Source of the DNA: Candidatus Latescibacterota bacterium
Lineage (GTDB): Bacteria; Latescibacterota; UBA2968; UBA8231
Reading direction: 5' to 3'
DNA length: 64,000 nucleotides
Assembly (NCBI GenBank): GCA_965203355.1
Contig: OZ241889.1
Location: forward strand, 1,280,001 to 1,344,000
This document shows, piece after piece, positions 9,083-19,525 of this stretch. Each line of letters begins with the position of its first letter. Position 1 is the first letter of the stretch. The notes below the pieces were generated by a model, which ran no database searches, was not told the DNA's origin, and worked only from the letters and a program-made list of their open reading frames with translations. A program made the position numbers and the translations under genes.

Positions 9083-12000
9083 AAGCTCTGGCCAAAGCTG
9101 AAGTGAAACTTGAAGTCCGAGAAGTTGCCTTGTAGGTCCATCTGCCTAGCGAATTCAAAGTTCATCGGCAGTAAGAAGTATATTAAGAGGCCAAAGCCGA
9201 CGCTGGCGTGAACCTGCCGCGGGGAAGCCGTGATCGCGGCGTGTGGATTGTGGAAGGGCCACAGGTCGATTTCGTCGTCCTCGTTCCAAGCCATGCCCAT
9301 ATCCATAAACAGGCTGCCATCAACCGCCGGAATCAGGAAGGTGCCGGGCCAGCCAAAGAGGATGCCGCGCACAAAGGGGACGCGCAACTCGACGTTGGTC
9401 AGCAGGACCCTACTGCCGGTGAAGGCCGAGAACTGGTAGCCGCGTAGCGGGCCAGTATTGAGGTTGAAACCTGTATAGAAGGGCAGGAACCAAGTCGGCC
9501 CTCCTAGGTTGTATTCGAGGGCGTCGCGGCCCAAAGACCCCACGCTATAGGCTCGCAGGCCCAGCACCGACCAACGCCCTAGCCGCAAGTAGTGGCGATA
9601 GTCGAACTCGAGGTGCGAGAAAGAGCGTGCGGTTGCGCCCAGGCTGAGCGTGCGCCCCAGTGCGAGAAAGTAGCGCTTGCCAGCGGTGGCACCCAAAAGA
9701 CCGTAGGTAATGGAGTCGTGGACGTATGCGGTCTTGAACAGATGAGTACTGGTAGCAGTAGAATCTGATTCGTAAAAGGGACTGACCTGTTCTTCTTGCT
9801 CGCCGACATAGGTATAGCTCAAGTCGAGGCGGCGATATAGGTCGAGTGGATAGCTGGCGTTGGCCAGGGCGCCGCGCTGCTGGAGACGGCTAATGCCCCG
9901 AGCCGGGGCGCGGCCTTGGACGAGGAAGTTGCGGTTGTTGATGAAGTACTGGTTCCAATTAAAAATGGATACGTGGTATGTGGGCCGCTTGCCGTAGTAT
10001 TTGTAGCTAGCGGCAAAGTTGAAGTCATTGCTGATGTCCTGCGCGGCTACGTAATCCGTGGCCAAAACCAGCGAGTGATTGCCCAAAAGATCGCTCATGC
10101 TTAGCTGGGCAATCGACGATAAGAACCCATCGAAATAGCCCATCTGCACGGAGATGCCGTCGAATTCGAGCTTGGGGGTGTAGCGGCGCCGGCGCAGTTC
10201 CAATTCGTCGCTGTCGTCGGCGATAAGCTGGACCGCGGCCTCTTGGGATTCAGAGGGCGGCAACGGGCCGCTAGCACCGGCTAGCAGCACGGCGTCGTCC
10301 GAGATGCCCTTCTCCTTCAGGGCCGCGACGGGGATGCCGCCTTGATCGGAGAGCGCGGCAGTGCCCGGTACTAGGGACCGAACCTGAGGGATCTCTGGGG
10401 CCGGTGATGTTGCTTGGGCTGGCGGTGCCGCCGCGATCGGCGGTGTGTCTTCGGCCACGCGGGCCAGTAGCTGGGCATCTTTGCGCTTGACTTCGGGCCA
10501 TTCGGGCATGGCCATCCGGTAGAGGTGGCTGCGGCCCTTGAAATAGGTGTTGAAGACGATCTGCCGTCCGTCGGGCGAGAGGGCCGGGTTCATGATACCG
10601 CTGAGGCTGCGGGTCAGGCGAAATTCACGGCCTTCGTCTAGGTGATAGATGAAGAGGTCGTTGATTTTGTCGCGGGTGGAGACGAAGAGCAATTTGTTGC
10701 CTTCGGGTAGCCACTGAGGCCACAGGTCGTCGGTGGAACTGGAGATGGCCGTGTGCGCGGTGCCCTCCGCTAGATCGTAAATTTTGATGTCGAACTGGTT
10801 GCGGTACTTGCTGCTAAAGGCGATGCGTTGGCCGTCGGGCGACCAGTTCGGATAATCTTCGCGCTCGGGCGTGCCCGTGAGCTGACGCCGCTCGTTGAGT
10901 TGCACATCGATGATGTAGAGATCGCTCTGGCCCTGTCCGGTGCCTATAAAGGCGAGGTGGCGGCTGTCGGGCGACCAGGTTAGGCCCTCGACTAGATCCA
11001 AATCGGGCATAGTCAGGGTCTGCACGAGCTTCTTGTCGTAGAGGTTCCACAGCATGATGCGGTCGCGGGGACCTTCTTTGGCCACGAAGGCGATAGTCTG
11101 GCCGTCTTGCGCCCAAGCCACGGTGCCACTGCCGATGCTGAGGTGATCGTAGTCGGCGGCGCGCATGCTGCCGGTGATGCGCTCGACGAGCGAGGCATCG
11201 CGCAGGCGGATAATGTCCACGTGCTGCTCGATGCCATCGGAGGAATGGACGGCGAGCATGTCGCCGCTGAGCGACCAGCAGGCGCTGGAGAAGCTGTGGA
11301 TATTCTCGTGGTCCCCTATTTTTTCGGCGAATTCAGAGGTGTAGTCGCGCGTCTGCAAGAGAGGCCAGTAGGCTTTGCGCATCTGGGCCGACCAGCGCTC
11401 GTCGAGGGTTTTTAAGTCCATGCCGATCAGGCGATCCATGAGCTTGTCGGTGTCGTGCTGGCTGTCCCACAGGCGGAGGATGCGGCTGATTTTTTCGGGG
11501 CCGTACTCTTGGGCAATGTATTCCATGAGTGCGTGGCTTTGCTTGTATGCGAGGAATACGTTGCCTTGGCCCCAAGCCTGATTCATGGTTTCAATGGGGA
11601 TGAGACCGTCGGTCAGTACGGCGTCGCGGAGGACCATTTCATCGATGGTATTGCGGCCCGGAGTAGTGTATTCGGCCATGCCCTCCATCAGCCAAGTGGG
11701 CGGCTGAGCGATTGGGCTGGTAATGCGGCGAATGGGTCCTTTGTGAACGATGTCGTACTGGAAAATGTGGGTCAGCTCGTGGACGAGGACGTTGCGGAAC
11801 TCGTCGAGGTCGCCGGCAAAGGGAACTACCATGCGGAAGCGCAGCGGCTCGGCAAAGCCAGCGACACCGGGCGGCAGAAAGTCGGGGAAGATATTGGTCT
11901 GCTGAAACTGGTAGTGCGACTGGTAGATGACGACCGGCGGCCGGTGCGAAAGCTCGTGGTGCAGGATTTGGCTGATGTGATCGTAGCCTTCTTCAAGGTA

Positions 12001-12228
12001 CTCGATCGCCTGCACGGCCAGATTCTGAAATTCAGGCTCAAAGTGAAGCTCTATGTGCTCGCTTTCGAGTATTTCCCACTGGAAGTCTCGATAGCGGACC
12101 TTGTTTTTTCCGAACCCTTGCTGCAATTGCAAGGTGAGAATGTCTTGGGCGCAAAGATCTGCGGTGCCCCAAACGAGCAGGGCGGCGCAGGCGAGGCTGC
12201 GGAATTTCGTTATAGCCTGCACTTTCAC
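9079..12228 (-). CDS. Peptidase MA-like + PD40 beta-propeller + Omp85 (BamA/TamA) barrel protein
   Basis: HELTH and WLMEGMAEY zincin motifs; repeated WSPDG; LRGY motif; C-terminal FGQSF. Confidence 0.85.
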   Translation of the reverse strand: MKVQAITKFRSLACAALLVWGTADLCAQDILTLQLQQGFGKNKVRYRDFQWEILESEHIELHFEPEFQNLAVQAIEYLEEGYDHISQILHHELSHRPPVVIYQSHYQFQQTNIFPDFLPPGVAGFAEPLRFRMVVPFAGDLDEFRNVLVHELTHIFQYDIVHKGPIRRITSPIAQPPTWLMEGMAEYTTPGRNTIDEMVLRDAVLTDGLIPIETMNQAWGQGNVFLAYKQSHALMEYIAQEYGPEKISRILRLWDSQHDTDKLMDRLIGMDLKTLDERWSAQMRKAYWPLLQTRDYTSEFAEKIGDHENIHSFSSACWSLSGDMLAVHSSDGIEQHVDIIRLRDASLVERITGSMRAADYDHLSIGSGTVAWAQDGQTIAFVAKEGPRDRIMLWNLYDKKLVQTLTMPDLDLVEGLTWSPDSRHLAFIGTGQGQSDLYIIDVQLNERRQLTGTPEREDYPNWSPDGQRIAFSSKYRNQFDIKIYDLAEGTAHTAISSSTDDLWPQWLPEGNKLLFVSTRDKINDLFIYHLDEGREFRLTRSLSGIMNPALSPDGRQIVFNTYFKGRSHLYRMAMPEWPEVKRKDAQLLARVAEDTPPIAAAPPAQATSPAPEIPQVRSLVPGTAALSDQGGIPVAALKEKGISDDAVLLAGASGPLPPSESQEAAVQLIADDSDELELRRRRYTPKLEFDGISVQMGYFDGFLSSIAQLSMSDLLGNHSLVLATDYVAAQDISNDFNFAASYKYYGKRPTYHVSIFNWNQYFINNRNFLVQGRAPARGISRLQQRGALANASYPLDLYRRLDLSYTYVGEQEEQVSPFYESDSTATSTHLFKTAYVHDSITYGLLGATAGKRYFLALGRTLSLGATARSFSHLEFDYRHYLRLGRWSVLGLRAYSVGSLGRDALEYNLGGPTWFLPFYTGFNLNTGPLRGYQFSAFTGSRVLLTNVELRVPFVRGILFGWPGTFLIPAVDGSLFMDMGMAWNEDDEIDLWPFHNPHAAITASPRQVHASVGFGLLIYFLLPMNFEFARQMDLQGNFSDFKFHFSFGQSF

Positions 12229-12806
12229 TCTCCCGTGGATGTGAGTGAATGGTCCGGGCGTCTGGTCCGCGGCCGAGAACCATCGTCCGGCCTGAATATA
12301 TCAAGTGTGTCTGTAGAGTCGAGACCGGCCTGTTGATATTGTTGCAAGTAGCGCAGATTGGCGGCATAGACCGCTTGGGAGGGGTTGAGGGCACGCGCCC
12401 GCTCGTAGAATTGAGCGGCTTTGTCGGTCATGCCTAGCCGCTCGTAAACGACCCCTAAGTTGTTGTGCAAACTAGCCGACAAACTGTCTTGCGCTAGGGC
12501 GCGTTCCAGGTGCGATTGGGCCTCGTTCCACATGGCGTTTTCAATGCACCAGAGCGCGTATTTGTTGACCTGCTCGATGTCTTGCAACTGCTGGCGCGAG
12601 CGCTCGGGGCGATCGACGACCACTAGCACCGGCGCGGGTTGGACGGTAGCTGCGCTCGTGGCTGTGGTGTCGGCGGCTGGGGCGTACTCGTAGCCGATGG
12701 GTCCGCTCGCCGCTGGCCGGCGCACCAGTTCCAGACAGCCATACAGACACAGCACACCCAAGCCAAAGGCCACGAGGCATACGGTATTTTTTGTAGAGTA
12801 ATTCAC
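12225..12806 (-). CDS. TPR-repeat lipoprotein
   Basis: Lipobox LYGC; HNNLGVVYERLG..A..YERA.ALNP TPR; start position uncertain. Confidence 0.75.
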   Translation of the reverse strand: MNYSTKNTVCLVAFGLGVLCLYGCLELVRRPAASGPIGYEYAPAADTTATSAATVQPAPVLVVVDRPERSRQQLQDIEQVNKYALWCIENAMWNEAQSHLERALAQDSLSASLHNNLGVVYERLGMTDKAAQFYERARALNPSQAVYAANLRYLQQYQQAGLDSTDTLDIFRPDDGSRPRTRRPDHSLTSTGE

Positions 12807-13182
12807 GCGCGATTTCTGCCTAGGCGCACGGCCATAAACGCCTTGCACCCTTGTCGTAAGCTAGTAATATAACAAACAGAAGCACTTTGAACTATTTTTC
12901 GCACTTCTGCCTTCGCGGTCCAGCTGTTCCCTGCCGACGAGCTCGTTCAATGTCCTATAGATCGGCAAAAAGGCGTGTTATGGCAGAACTTGATAAATAG
13001 ACACCAAAAAGGGAAGATTCATTCCTGCTACCGCATATGGTAATAGATGTCGCAAGAGAGCGACTTGTTCCTTTTGCCGCTGTCCACTGGCGGTCCACGA
13101 CAAGCTGCGCGGATCAACTACTTAATGCGGGCGATGCGGACGGCGGCATCGCCCGTAAAACCACTTTAGTGAGGGTCGGTCT

Positions 13183-14286
13183 ATGCTGAATCGGGTCCTT
13201 AAAATTGCGGCGATCTTGGCGTTCGCGTGGGCGTGTCCGAGCGGTGCCGAGCAGGTTCACGAGATAATTGGCTGGCGTCCTACTGGGCTGCCGCTGCTGA
13301 ATTTCAGCTCGGACGACGGCACTGGATACGGGCTGCGGGCCAACCTCTTCGAATACGACGGTCAGAGCATACCCTATCGCCGCAAATACAGCGCCCAAGT
13401 ATTTATCTCAACCAAAGGCAAGTGGGTACACCACGTACTCGTCGATACGCCCGAATTCCGGCCCGGCCAGCGGCTCGAGGTCGAACTGGTCTATGAGAAG
13501 GAGGATTTCGCCAATTACTACGGCGGCCTCAGCGACGAGGATATCGCCGGCTATTCGCAGGAGCAGAGGACGTTCCGGCAAGCCTTCCCGGAGTTCAAGG
13601 TCAAGTGGATCCGCACGCTGCGCTTCCCTTGGCGCCTGCGCGTCGGGGGGCGTTTGAGCCACAACGATATTGAGCCGAACGCCGCCGAGAGTATCCTCGC
13701 GGCCCTCGACCCCCTCGGCGCGGACGGGGGTGCCTTCGCCCAGTTTGCTGGCTCGCTGCGCTACGATACGCGCGACAACTACAACAACGCGACCTCGGGC
13801 GTGCTAGAGGAATTGTTGGTGGACTTTGGGGTTGGCGGCGGCGGCGATTACCGGGGGGCGACGCTCAGTTTTGATCACCGGCACTTCCACACCTTGAGGC
13901 GCGGACTGGTGGCCGCCAATCGCCTGCGCGTCAACTGGACCATTGGAGAGTTACCTTTCTACGAGGAACTGAACCTGGGAGGCAGCGACACGGTGCGAGG
14001 CTTGGCTCGTGCTAGGGACCGGGGCGAGGCGCGGATAGTGCTCAACGGCGAGTTGCGCTGGCACGGAGTGCCGGTATGGCGTCGCCAACACCTGTATCTG
14101 GGGCTAGTGGCCTTCGGCGACCTCGGGCAAATATTCGCCCGCGACGCGTTGCCGACGAGCGACGGATGGCGTCGCGGCAGCGGCATGGGGCTGCGTTGCC
14201 ACTGGCAGAGCACGATCGTGCGGGCCGACTACGGCACCTCGGTTGGCCGCCGGGCACTCTACATCACCTTTTCACAGGTTTTCTGA
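13183..14286 (+). CDS. Omp85/BamA-TamA-family barrel protein lacking POTRA domains
   Basis: Signal peptide; YDTRDN, LGGSDTVRG, C-terminal FSQVF. Confidence 0.8.
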   Translation: MLNRVLKIAAILAFAWACPSGAEQVHEIIGWRPTGLPLLNFSSDDGTGYGLRANLFEYDGQSIPYRRKYSAQVFISTKGKWVHHVLVDTPEFRPGQRLEVELVYEKEDFANYYGGLSDEDIAGYSQEQRTFRQAFPEFKVKWIRTLRFPWRLRVGGRLSHNDIEPNAAESILAALDPLGADGGAFAQFAGSLRYDTRDNYNNATSGVLEELLVDFGVGGGGDYRGATLSFDHRHFHTLRRGLVAANRLRVNWTIGELPFYEELNLGGSDTVRGLARARDRGEARIVLNGELRWHGVPVWRRQHLYLGLVAFGDLGQIFARDALPTSDGWRRGSGMGLRCHWQSTIVRADYGTSVGRRALYITFSQVF

Positions 14287-14302
14287 GAATTCTCGGGGCC
14301 GC

Positions 14303-14989
14303 ATGGAACTGTTTTCGCCGCGCCACCTGTTCTGGATCGGGACGGCTGCGCTCTTTGCGGCAGGCTGCGCCAAGATGAGGCGGTGGCCGCCGAACAGCCG
14401 GGTTCATTCGGTCTTCCGCTGTGCGCTCTTCGCCGGGGTGCTGTTGAACGAACTCGGCTGGTTTGCCTATCGACACTTCGCGGTTGGCATTCCCCTCGCC
14501 GACAACCTGCCCCTGCACCTGTGCGACTTATCAGTATTCGTCCTGTTCGCCGGGCTGGCAACAGGTGGGAGGTTGTGGTCCGAGTTGGCGTATTACGCCG
14601 GGGTGGTCGGTGCGCTGCTGGCGGTGTGTTTCCCGGCAATCTCGGAGACCGGGGCGATCCGCCCCCTCGCCGAGATTCGCTATTTCCTGACCCATGTTGC
14701 CTTGGTCGGCGCGGGGTTCTACTTCACCTTTGGGTGCCGCTACCGCCCGCCGGCCCGGGCGATCCTGCACAGCTATATCGCCGTCCACCTCTACGCTTTG
14801 GCCATTACCCCGCTAAACCTCTATCTCGGCACTAATTATTTTTTTACGCTCTCGGCCCCGAAACAGCTCGCCTTTATCCACGCCTATCCGCACTGGCTCT
14901 TCTTAGTGGCTGTCTCGGCCATCTTTCTCGCTGTTTTCGCTCTAATGCACCTGCCGTTTGCATGGCCGCGGCGCTTGAGATACCTGTAA
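14303..14989 (+). CDS. YwaF/TIGR02206-family integral membrane protein
   Basis: LPLHLC motif, GTNYFF, several TM helices. Confidence 0.8.
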   Translation: MELFSPRHLFWIGTAALFAAGCAKMRRWPPNSRVHSVFRCALFAGVLLNELGWFAYRHFAVGIPLADNLPLHLCDLSVFVLFAGLATGGRLWSELAYYAGVVGALLAVCFPAISETGAIRPLAEIRYFLTHVALVGAGFYFTFGCRYRPPARAILHSYIAVHLYALAITPLNLYLGTNYFFTLSAPKQLAFIHAYPHWLFLVAVSAIFLAVFALMHLPFAWPRRLRYL

Positions 14990-16260
14990 TAGGTCGTGGT
15001 GCTGAGGACCAAGCAAAAAGGCGCGTATTGTGCCCAAAGAACCCACGGCTTTTCGCGCCACACGCCTTCGCTGCCGTAGCCGATTTGCACCTCGTAAGCC
15101 AAGAAAATCAAGCCGCTGAGGAGTATCCAAGCAGGGCTGGGGAAAAAGACGAGGAAGGGGAGAACCCAAAGCAAATACCAAGGATGCACGGTCGGCGAGA
15201 GCAAGACGTAAGCGCCGAGGGTTGCAAAGGCGGCTCGGTAGGGGTCGGGGTAGCGCAGCTGGACGCCGAGGGCCACGAGTGCGAAAAGGATGGTGCAGAT
15301 CCAGCGTGCGTGGGCGGCGGCGTGGGCGTCCCACGGCTGTAAGACAAAGCGAAAGAGCGAGTAGGCCGCCGCGTTGAAGTGCCAGTGCTGTACGTAAGTC
15401 GCAAGGCCCGTCGCGAGCTTTTCCCCGGCGTCGGCAAAGGGCCAAAAGGCCAAAAGGCCCAGTGTTAGAAACAGAAGCAGCGCACTCCGCTTGCGGAAGT
15501 TGAACCAATCGGCGTGCGGGCGACGCCAGAAAGCAGGTAACAGCGCGAGCGGCACTAGTTTGACCAGAAAGGCTCCGGCCAGGCCGCAGACGGCTGCGGC
15601 CCAGCGCTGGCTGTGCAGTGCGTACAGAGCCGCAAAGAGGAGCAAAACGCCCAGCGCGTCGAGGTGGCCGCTACCGGCGATTTCTATTAACGGCAGGGGA
15701 TTCCAAGCATAGAGTACGAGGCGGCGCGGGTCTTGGCCGCGGCGGACGAGGCTGTGTGCCAACAGCAGACAAAGGCCCCAATCGCAGAGCAGCAGGGCCA
15801 ATTTAAATGCGGCCGGCGTCGCGCTTAGCAGGCAAATGGCGCGAAAGAAAAGCTGCGCCAGCGGCGGGTAGATCGTGGGAATGTCAGCGTGGTTGACGCC
15901 GTGATAGAGCGCGTCGCGCAGGTGCGCCACCTGCGGTGCCGAGGGCGCGTACAGATACGGATTGATGCCAGCTAGCTGGACGCGGCCATCCCAGACGTAG
16001 CGAAAGATGTCGTCCGAAAGCGTTGCCGGGCTCCACCACAGCGTCAGGCGAAATACGAGAGCGGCCCCGAGAATCAGGTGCGGCCATCTGGGGGCTCCAC
16101 CGCTCCGCAGGACGAGATACACGGCGAGTGCGTAGCAGAGAAAAGCGGGAAAGACACCGGCCCACATCTGGGGTATTTGGCGCTGGAGATCGCCGACGAA
16201 GACCCAGTAGCAGCAACAGGCTTCAATGGCTCCGGCGAGCAGCAGCAGGCGGATGGACAC
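14884..16260 (-). CDS. GT-C fold (GT87/DUF2029-like) membrane glycosyltransferase
   Basis: LSDDIFRYVWDGRVQLAGINPY, TIYPP, YAWNPL, SPTVHPWY; GTG start after the NlpC stop. Confidence 0.85.
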   Translation of the reverse strand: MSIRLLLLAGAIEACCCYWVFVGDLQRQIPQMWAGVFPAFLCYALAVYLVLRSGGAPRWPHLILGAALVFRLTLWWSPATLSDDIFRYVWDGRVQLAGINPYLYAPSAPQVAHLRDALYHGVNHADIPTIYPPLAQLFFRAICLLSATPAAFKLALLLCDWGLCLLLAHSLVRRGQDPRRLVLYAWNPLPLIEIAGSGHLDALGVLLLFAALYALHSQRWAAAVCGLAGAFLVKLVPLALLPAFWRRPHADWFNFRKRSALLLFLTLGLLAFWPFADAGEKLATGLATYVQHWHFNAAAYSLFRFVLQPWDAHAAAHARWICTILFALVALGVQLRYPDPYRAAFATLGAYVLLSPTVHPWYLLWVLPFLVFFPSPAWILLSGLIFLAYEVQIGYGSEGVWREKPWVLWAQYAPFCLVLSTTTYYRYLKRRGHANGRCIRAKTARKMAETATKKSQCG

Positions 16261-16261
16261 G

Positions 16262-16771
16262 TCAGCGTTGGACGCGGCGCGCGCCGGCGTAGCGGCGATG
16301 GAAATAGGGATGATCGAGCGAGGTGATGGTGGCACCGGTGCTCATACCCACGTGGGCGAAGCTCCCTTTGCTGAGGTAAACCCCGACGTGGGAGATGCCC
16401 GGGCCTGAGGAGGTATTCCTAAAGAAAACCAGATCGCCGGGTTTGAGGTCTTTCCGGCGGCTGACGGGGTGCCCGACGCGGTATATCTCCTTGGAGGTGC
16501 GGGGCAATTCGATGCCATACGTCTTGCGAAAAATGGCGCGCACAAAGGCCGAGCAGTCCATGCCAGCGCGGGTGGTACCGCCCCACTTGTAGGGGACGCC
16601 GAGAAAGCCTTCGACGACGTGCGCGAGGCGGCTAGGGCTGGCGCGGCGTCGTTCTTTGAGTTCGCGCACCACGCTGTCCGAATCCGCAGAGTCCGCCGTA
16701 TAGCGCGGGGCCGAGCGGATTGAACAGCTACAGGTGGCCAGTAGGCACAAGAGGATCAGCAAGCGCAGCAT
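16262..16771 (-). CDS. NlpC/P60 (C40) cell-wall peptidase lipoprotein
   Basis: LGVPYKWGG, DCSAF, LPRTS, PGDLVFF, HVGVY. Confidence 0.9.
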   Translation of the reverse strand: MLRLLILLCLLATCSCSIRSAPRYTADSADSDSVVRELKERRRASPSRLAHVVEGFLGVPYKWGGTTRAGMDCSAFVRAIFRKTYGIELPRTSKEIYRVGHPVSRRKDLKPGDLVFFRNTSSGPGISHVGVYLSKGSFAHVGMSTGATITSLDHPYFHRRYAGARRVQR

Positions 16772-16781
16772 CGGCGACTCG

Positions 16782-17636
16782 TTAGCGCGGATAGGAGAAA
16801 AATCCCCGCCCCGTCTTGCGACCCAAGGTGCCCTGCGCGACCATCTGGCGCAGCAGGGGACAGGGGCGGTATTTGGCACTGTCTAGACGCTGGGCAAACG
16901 ATTCGAGGATGTCCAAGGTTACGTCGAGTCCGACGTAGTCGGCCAAAGCTAGCGGCCCGATAGGATGGCTCGCTCCCAGCACCATCACCCGGTCGATGTC
17001 TTCGGCACTGGCCACGCCTTCGGCGAGGGCGTAGATGGCCTCATTGATCATGGGAAAGAGGATGCGGTTGACTGCAAAACCGGGACGATTGGCGACCGCG
17101 ATGGGCGTCTTACCTAGATCTTGGGCCAAGGCCATGACCGCGGCAAAGGTCTCGTCCGAAGTCGCGGTTGTGCGCACTACTTCAACTAGCGGCATGGTCG
17201 GGGGTGGGTTGAAGAAGTGCATGCCGATTACCTTGTCCGACCGCCCGGAAGCGGCGGCGAGCGCGTTGATGTCTAGGCCCGAAGTATTGCTGGCGAGGAT
17301 GGCCTCTGGCCCGGCGAATTGTCCGAGTTGGGCGAAGACCGCCCGCTTGAGGTCTAGACGTTCTGGCACCACTTCGACGACCAGGTCGGCGGTGCCTATG
17401 TCGGCGAGTTGGTCCATGCCCCGCAGCGCGGCGATGGCCGCTTCGCTGGCGTCAGGTGCTAAGCGACCTTTGGCCGCTTGTTGACGCAGACGTGCGGCGA
17501 TGGAGGCTAGCCCCTGTTCGCGGGCGCAAGCGTCTGCGTCGTAGAGCAGGACTTCCCGGCTGGCTTGGGCCAAAATTTGGGCGATACCGCGCCCCATAGT
17601 GCCCGCTCCGATGACGGCAATGCGGCTGAGATTCAT
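16782..17636 (-). CDS. hbd: 3-hydroxybutyryl/3-hydroxyacyl-CoA dehydrogenase
   Basis: GAGTMGRGIA, ASNTS, GMHFFNP, GPLALADYVGLD, LGRKTGRGF. Confidence 0.88.
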   Translation of the reverse strand: MNLSRIAVIGAGTMGRGIAQILAQASREVLLYDADACAREQGLASIAARLRQQAAKGRLAPDASEAAIAALRGMDQLADIGTADLVVEVVPERLDLKRAVFAQLGQFAGPEAILASNTSGLDINALAAASGRSDKVIGMHFFNPPPTMPLVEVVRTTATSDETFAAVMALAQDLGKTPIAVANRPGFAVNRILFPMINEAIYALAEGVASAEDIDRVMVLGASHPIGPLALADYVGLDVTLDILESFAQRLDSAKYRPCPLLRQMVAQGTLGRKTGRGFFSYPR

Positions 17637-17788
17637 ATCGTCTTTCAGGGGTGGGTGTTCTACCCCATAATCACAAGCGGTTATTAACTCGCGGCTTACT
17701 ATTACTAATTAAATATAGTATTGCGGCGGCGAGGTGATTACCTAGATTGATTGCTCCGCCGCTAAAAAATAAAAGCAGAGGAGGATTC

Positions 17789-19510
17789 ATGGCAGCCGAT
17801 CGTGGGAAGTTGAGGAGCTCCGACTGGTTTGGGCGCGAGGACAAAGGCGGTTTTATTCATCGCAGTTGGATGAAACGCGGCCTGCCCGAGCACGAATTCG
17901 ACGGGCGCCCGGTCATAGGCATCTGCAACACGTGGTCCGAGCTAACGCCGTGCAATATCCACTTCCGCGACTTGGCCGAAGCCGTCAAACGCGGCGTGTA
18001 CGAAGCCGGAGGGTTGCCCGTGGAATTTCCGGTCACCTCGCTGGGCGAACCCATCATGCGCCCTACGACCATGCTCTTCCGCAACTTGGCGAGCATGGAT
18101 GTGGAGGAGTGCATTCGCGCCAATCCGGTGGACGGCGTGGTGCTTCTGACTGGGTGCGACAAAACCACGCCAGCGTGCTTGATGGGCGCGGCTAGCGTCG
18201 ATCTGCCGACGATTGTCGTGCCCGGTGGCCCCATGCTCAACGGCAAGTACCGCGGCAGCGATATTGGTTCGGGAACGGACGTGTGGAAGTTCAGCGAAGA
18301 CTTGCGCGCTGGGAAGATGACGCGCGAGGAATTCGGGTTGGCCGAGGACGGTATGACGCGCTCGGATGGGCACTGCATGACGATGGGCACAGCATCGACG
18401 ATGGCGTGTATGGTCGAGGCGCTTGGCATGACTCTGCCCGGCGGCGCGGCCATCCCGGCCCCGGACTCGCGGCGCAAGGTGCTGGCACATCTGGCGGGGT
18501 CGCGCATCGTCGAGATGGTGCGCGAAGATCTCAAGATGTCTCACATCCTCGGGCGCGCGGCCTTTGAAAATGCCATTAAGATCAACGCGGCCGTCGGCGG
18601 TTCGACCAACTGCGTCGTCCACTTGCTGGCCCTCGCCGGGCGCGTCGGCGTTGAGTTGTCTGTGGACGATTTCGACCGCCTCGGCAGCGCGCTGCCGCTA
18701 TTGGTCAATTTGATGCCGGCCGGCAAGTATCTGATGGAGGACTTTTACTATGCCGGTGGCTTGCCGGTGGTGATCCAAGAGTTGAAGGACGAATTGCATC
18801 TGGATGTTTTGACGGCGACGGGCAAGTCGCTCGGCGAGAATGTCGCTGGAGCAGTCTGCTACAATCGCGCCGTGATCGCGCCGCTGATCGCGCCGCTGAT
18901 TGAGGCGGCGGGCTTGGCTGTGCTCCGGGGCAATCTCTGCGCGGATGGGGCCATCATCAAGCCGTCGGCCGCTTCGCCCGAGTTGATGCAGCACCGGGGT
19001 CGAGCGGTGGTTTTCGAGACGATTGAGGACTATCACGAACGAATCGACAGCCCCGATTTGGACGTGGATGAGTCGAGCGTATTGGTGCTGCAAAACGTCG
19101 GGCCGGTTGGCTATCCAGGTATGGCCGAGGTCGGCAATATGGGTTTGCCTAAGAAACTGCTGGAAAAGGGCGTCCGGGACATGGTGCGCATTTCCGATGG
19201 CCGCATGAGCGGCACGGCCTACGGCACCGTCGTCTTGCATGTGTCCCCCGAAGCGGCCATTGGTGGGGTGCTGGCGTTGGTGCGCGATGGCGACGTGATC
19301 GAGCTTGATGTGGCGGCCCGGCGGCTGCATCTAGAGGTGTCGGACGAGGAACTGGCGCGTCGCCGGGCCGGTTGGCAGCCGCCCGCGCCCCACGATACCC
19401 GGGGGTACGTCAGCCTCTATATCGACCATGTAATGCAGGCCGACAAAGGAGTTGACTTCGACTTCTTGGTCGGCAAGTCGAGTTCTGTTGTAACGCGCGA
19501 AGCCCATTGA
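17789..19510 (+). CDS. IlvD/Edd-family sugar-acid dehydratase (L-arabonate dehydratase-like)
   Basis: ICNTWSELTPCN, GCDKTTP, HCMTMGTAST, SDGRMSGT; GAGGAGG RBS. Confidence 0.92.
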   Translation: MAADRGKLRSSDWFGREDKGGFIHRSWMKRGLPEHEFDGRPVIGICNTWSELTPCNIHFRDLAEAVKRGVYEAGGLPVEFPVTSLGEPIMRPTTMLFRNLASMDVEECIRANPVDGVVLLTGCDKTTPACLMGAASVDLPTIVVPGGPMLNGKYRGSDIGSGTDVWKFSEDLRAGKMTREEFGLAEDGMTRSDGHCMTMGTASTMACMVEALGMTLPGGAAIPAPDSRRKVLAHLAGSRIVEMVREDLKMSHILGRAAFENAIKINAAVGGSTNCVVHLLALAGRVGVELSVDDFDRLGSALPLLVNLMPAGKYLMEDFYYAGGLPVVIQELKDELHLDVLTATGKSLGENVAGAVCYNRAVIAPLIAPLIEAAGLAVLRGNLCADGAIIKPSAASPELMQHRGRAVVFETIEDYHERIDSPDLDVDESSVLVLQNVGPVGYPGMAEVGNMGLPKKLLEKGVRDMVRISDGRMSGTAYGTVVLHVSPEAAIGGVLALVRDGDVIELDVAARRLHLEVSDEELARRRAGWQPPAPHDTRGYVSLYIDHVMQADKGVDFDFLVGKSSSVVTREAH

Positions 19511-19525
19511 CGAAAGGACGCGACG

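Noticed and set aside
13127-13156. GC-rich hairpin upstream of the POTRA-less Omp85 gene, possible riboswitch
   Set aside because: No recognisable aptamer consensus; an Rfam scan would be needed
14884-14989. 106-bp convergent overlap of the YwaF-like and GT-C genes
   Set aside because: Most simply a lost stop codon extending a non-conserved tail
18873-18900. 12-bp tandem repeat in the dehydratase (IAPLIAPL)
   Set aside because: In frame and, from recalled homologues, does not appear to add length; no sign of functional significance
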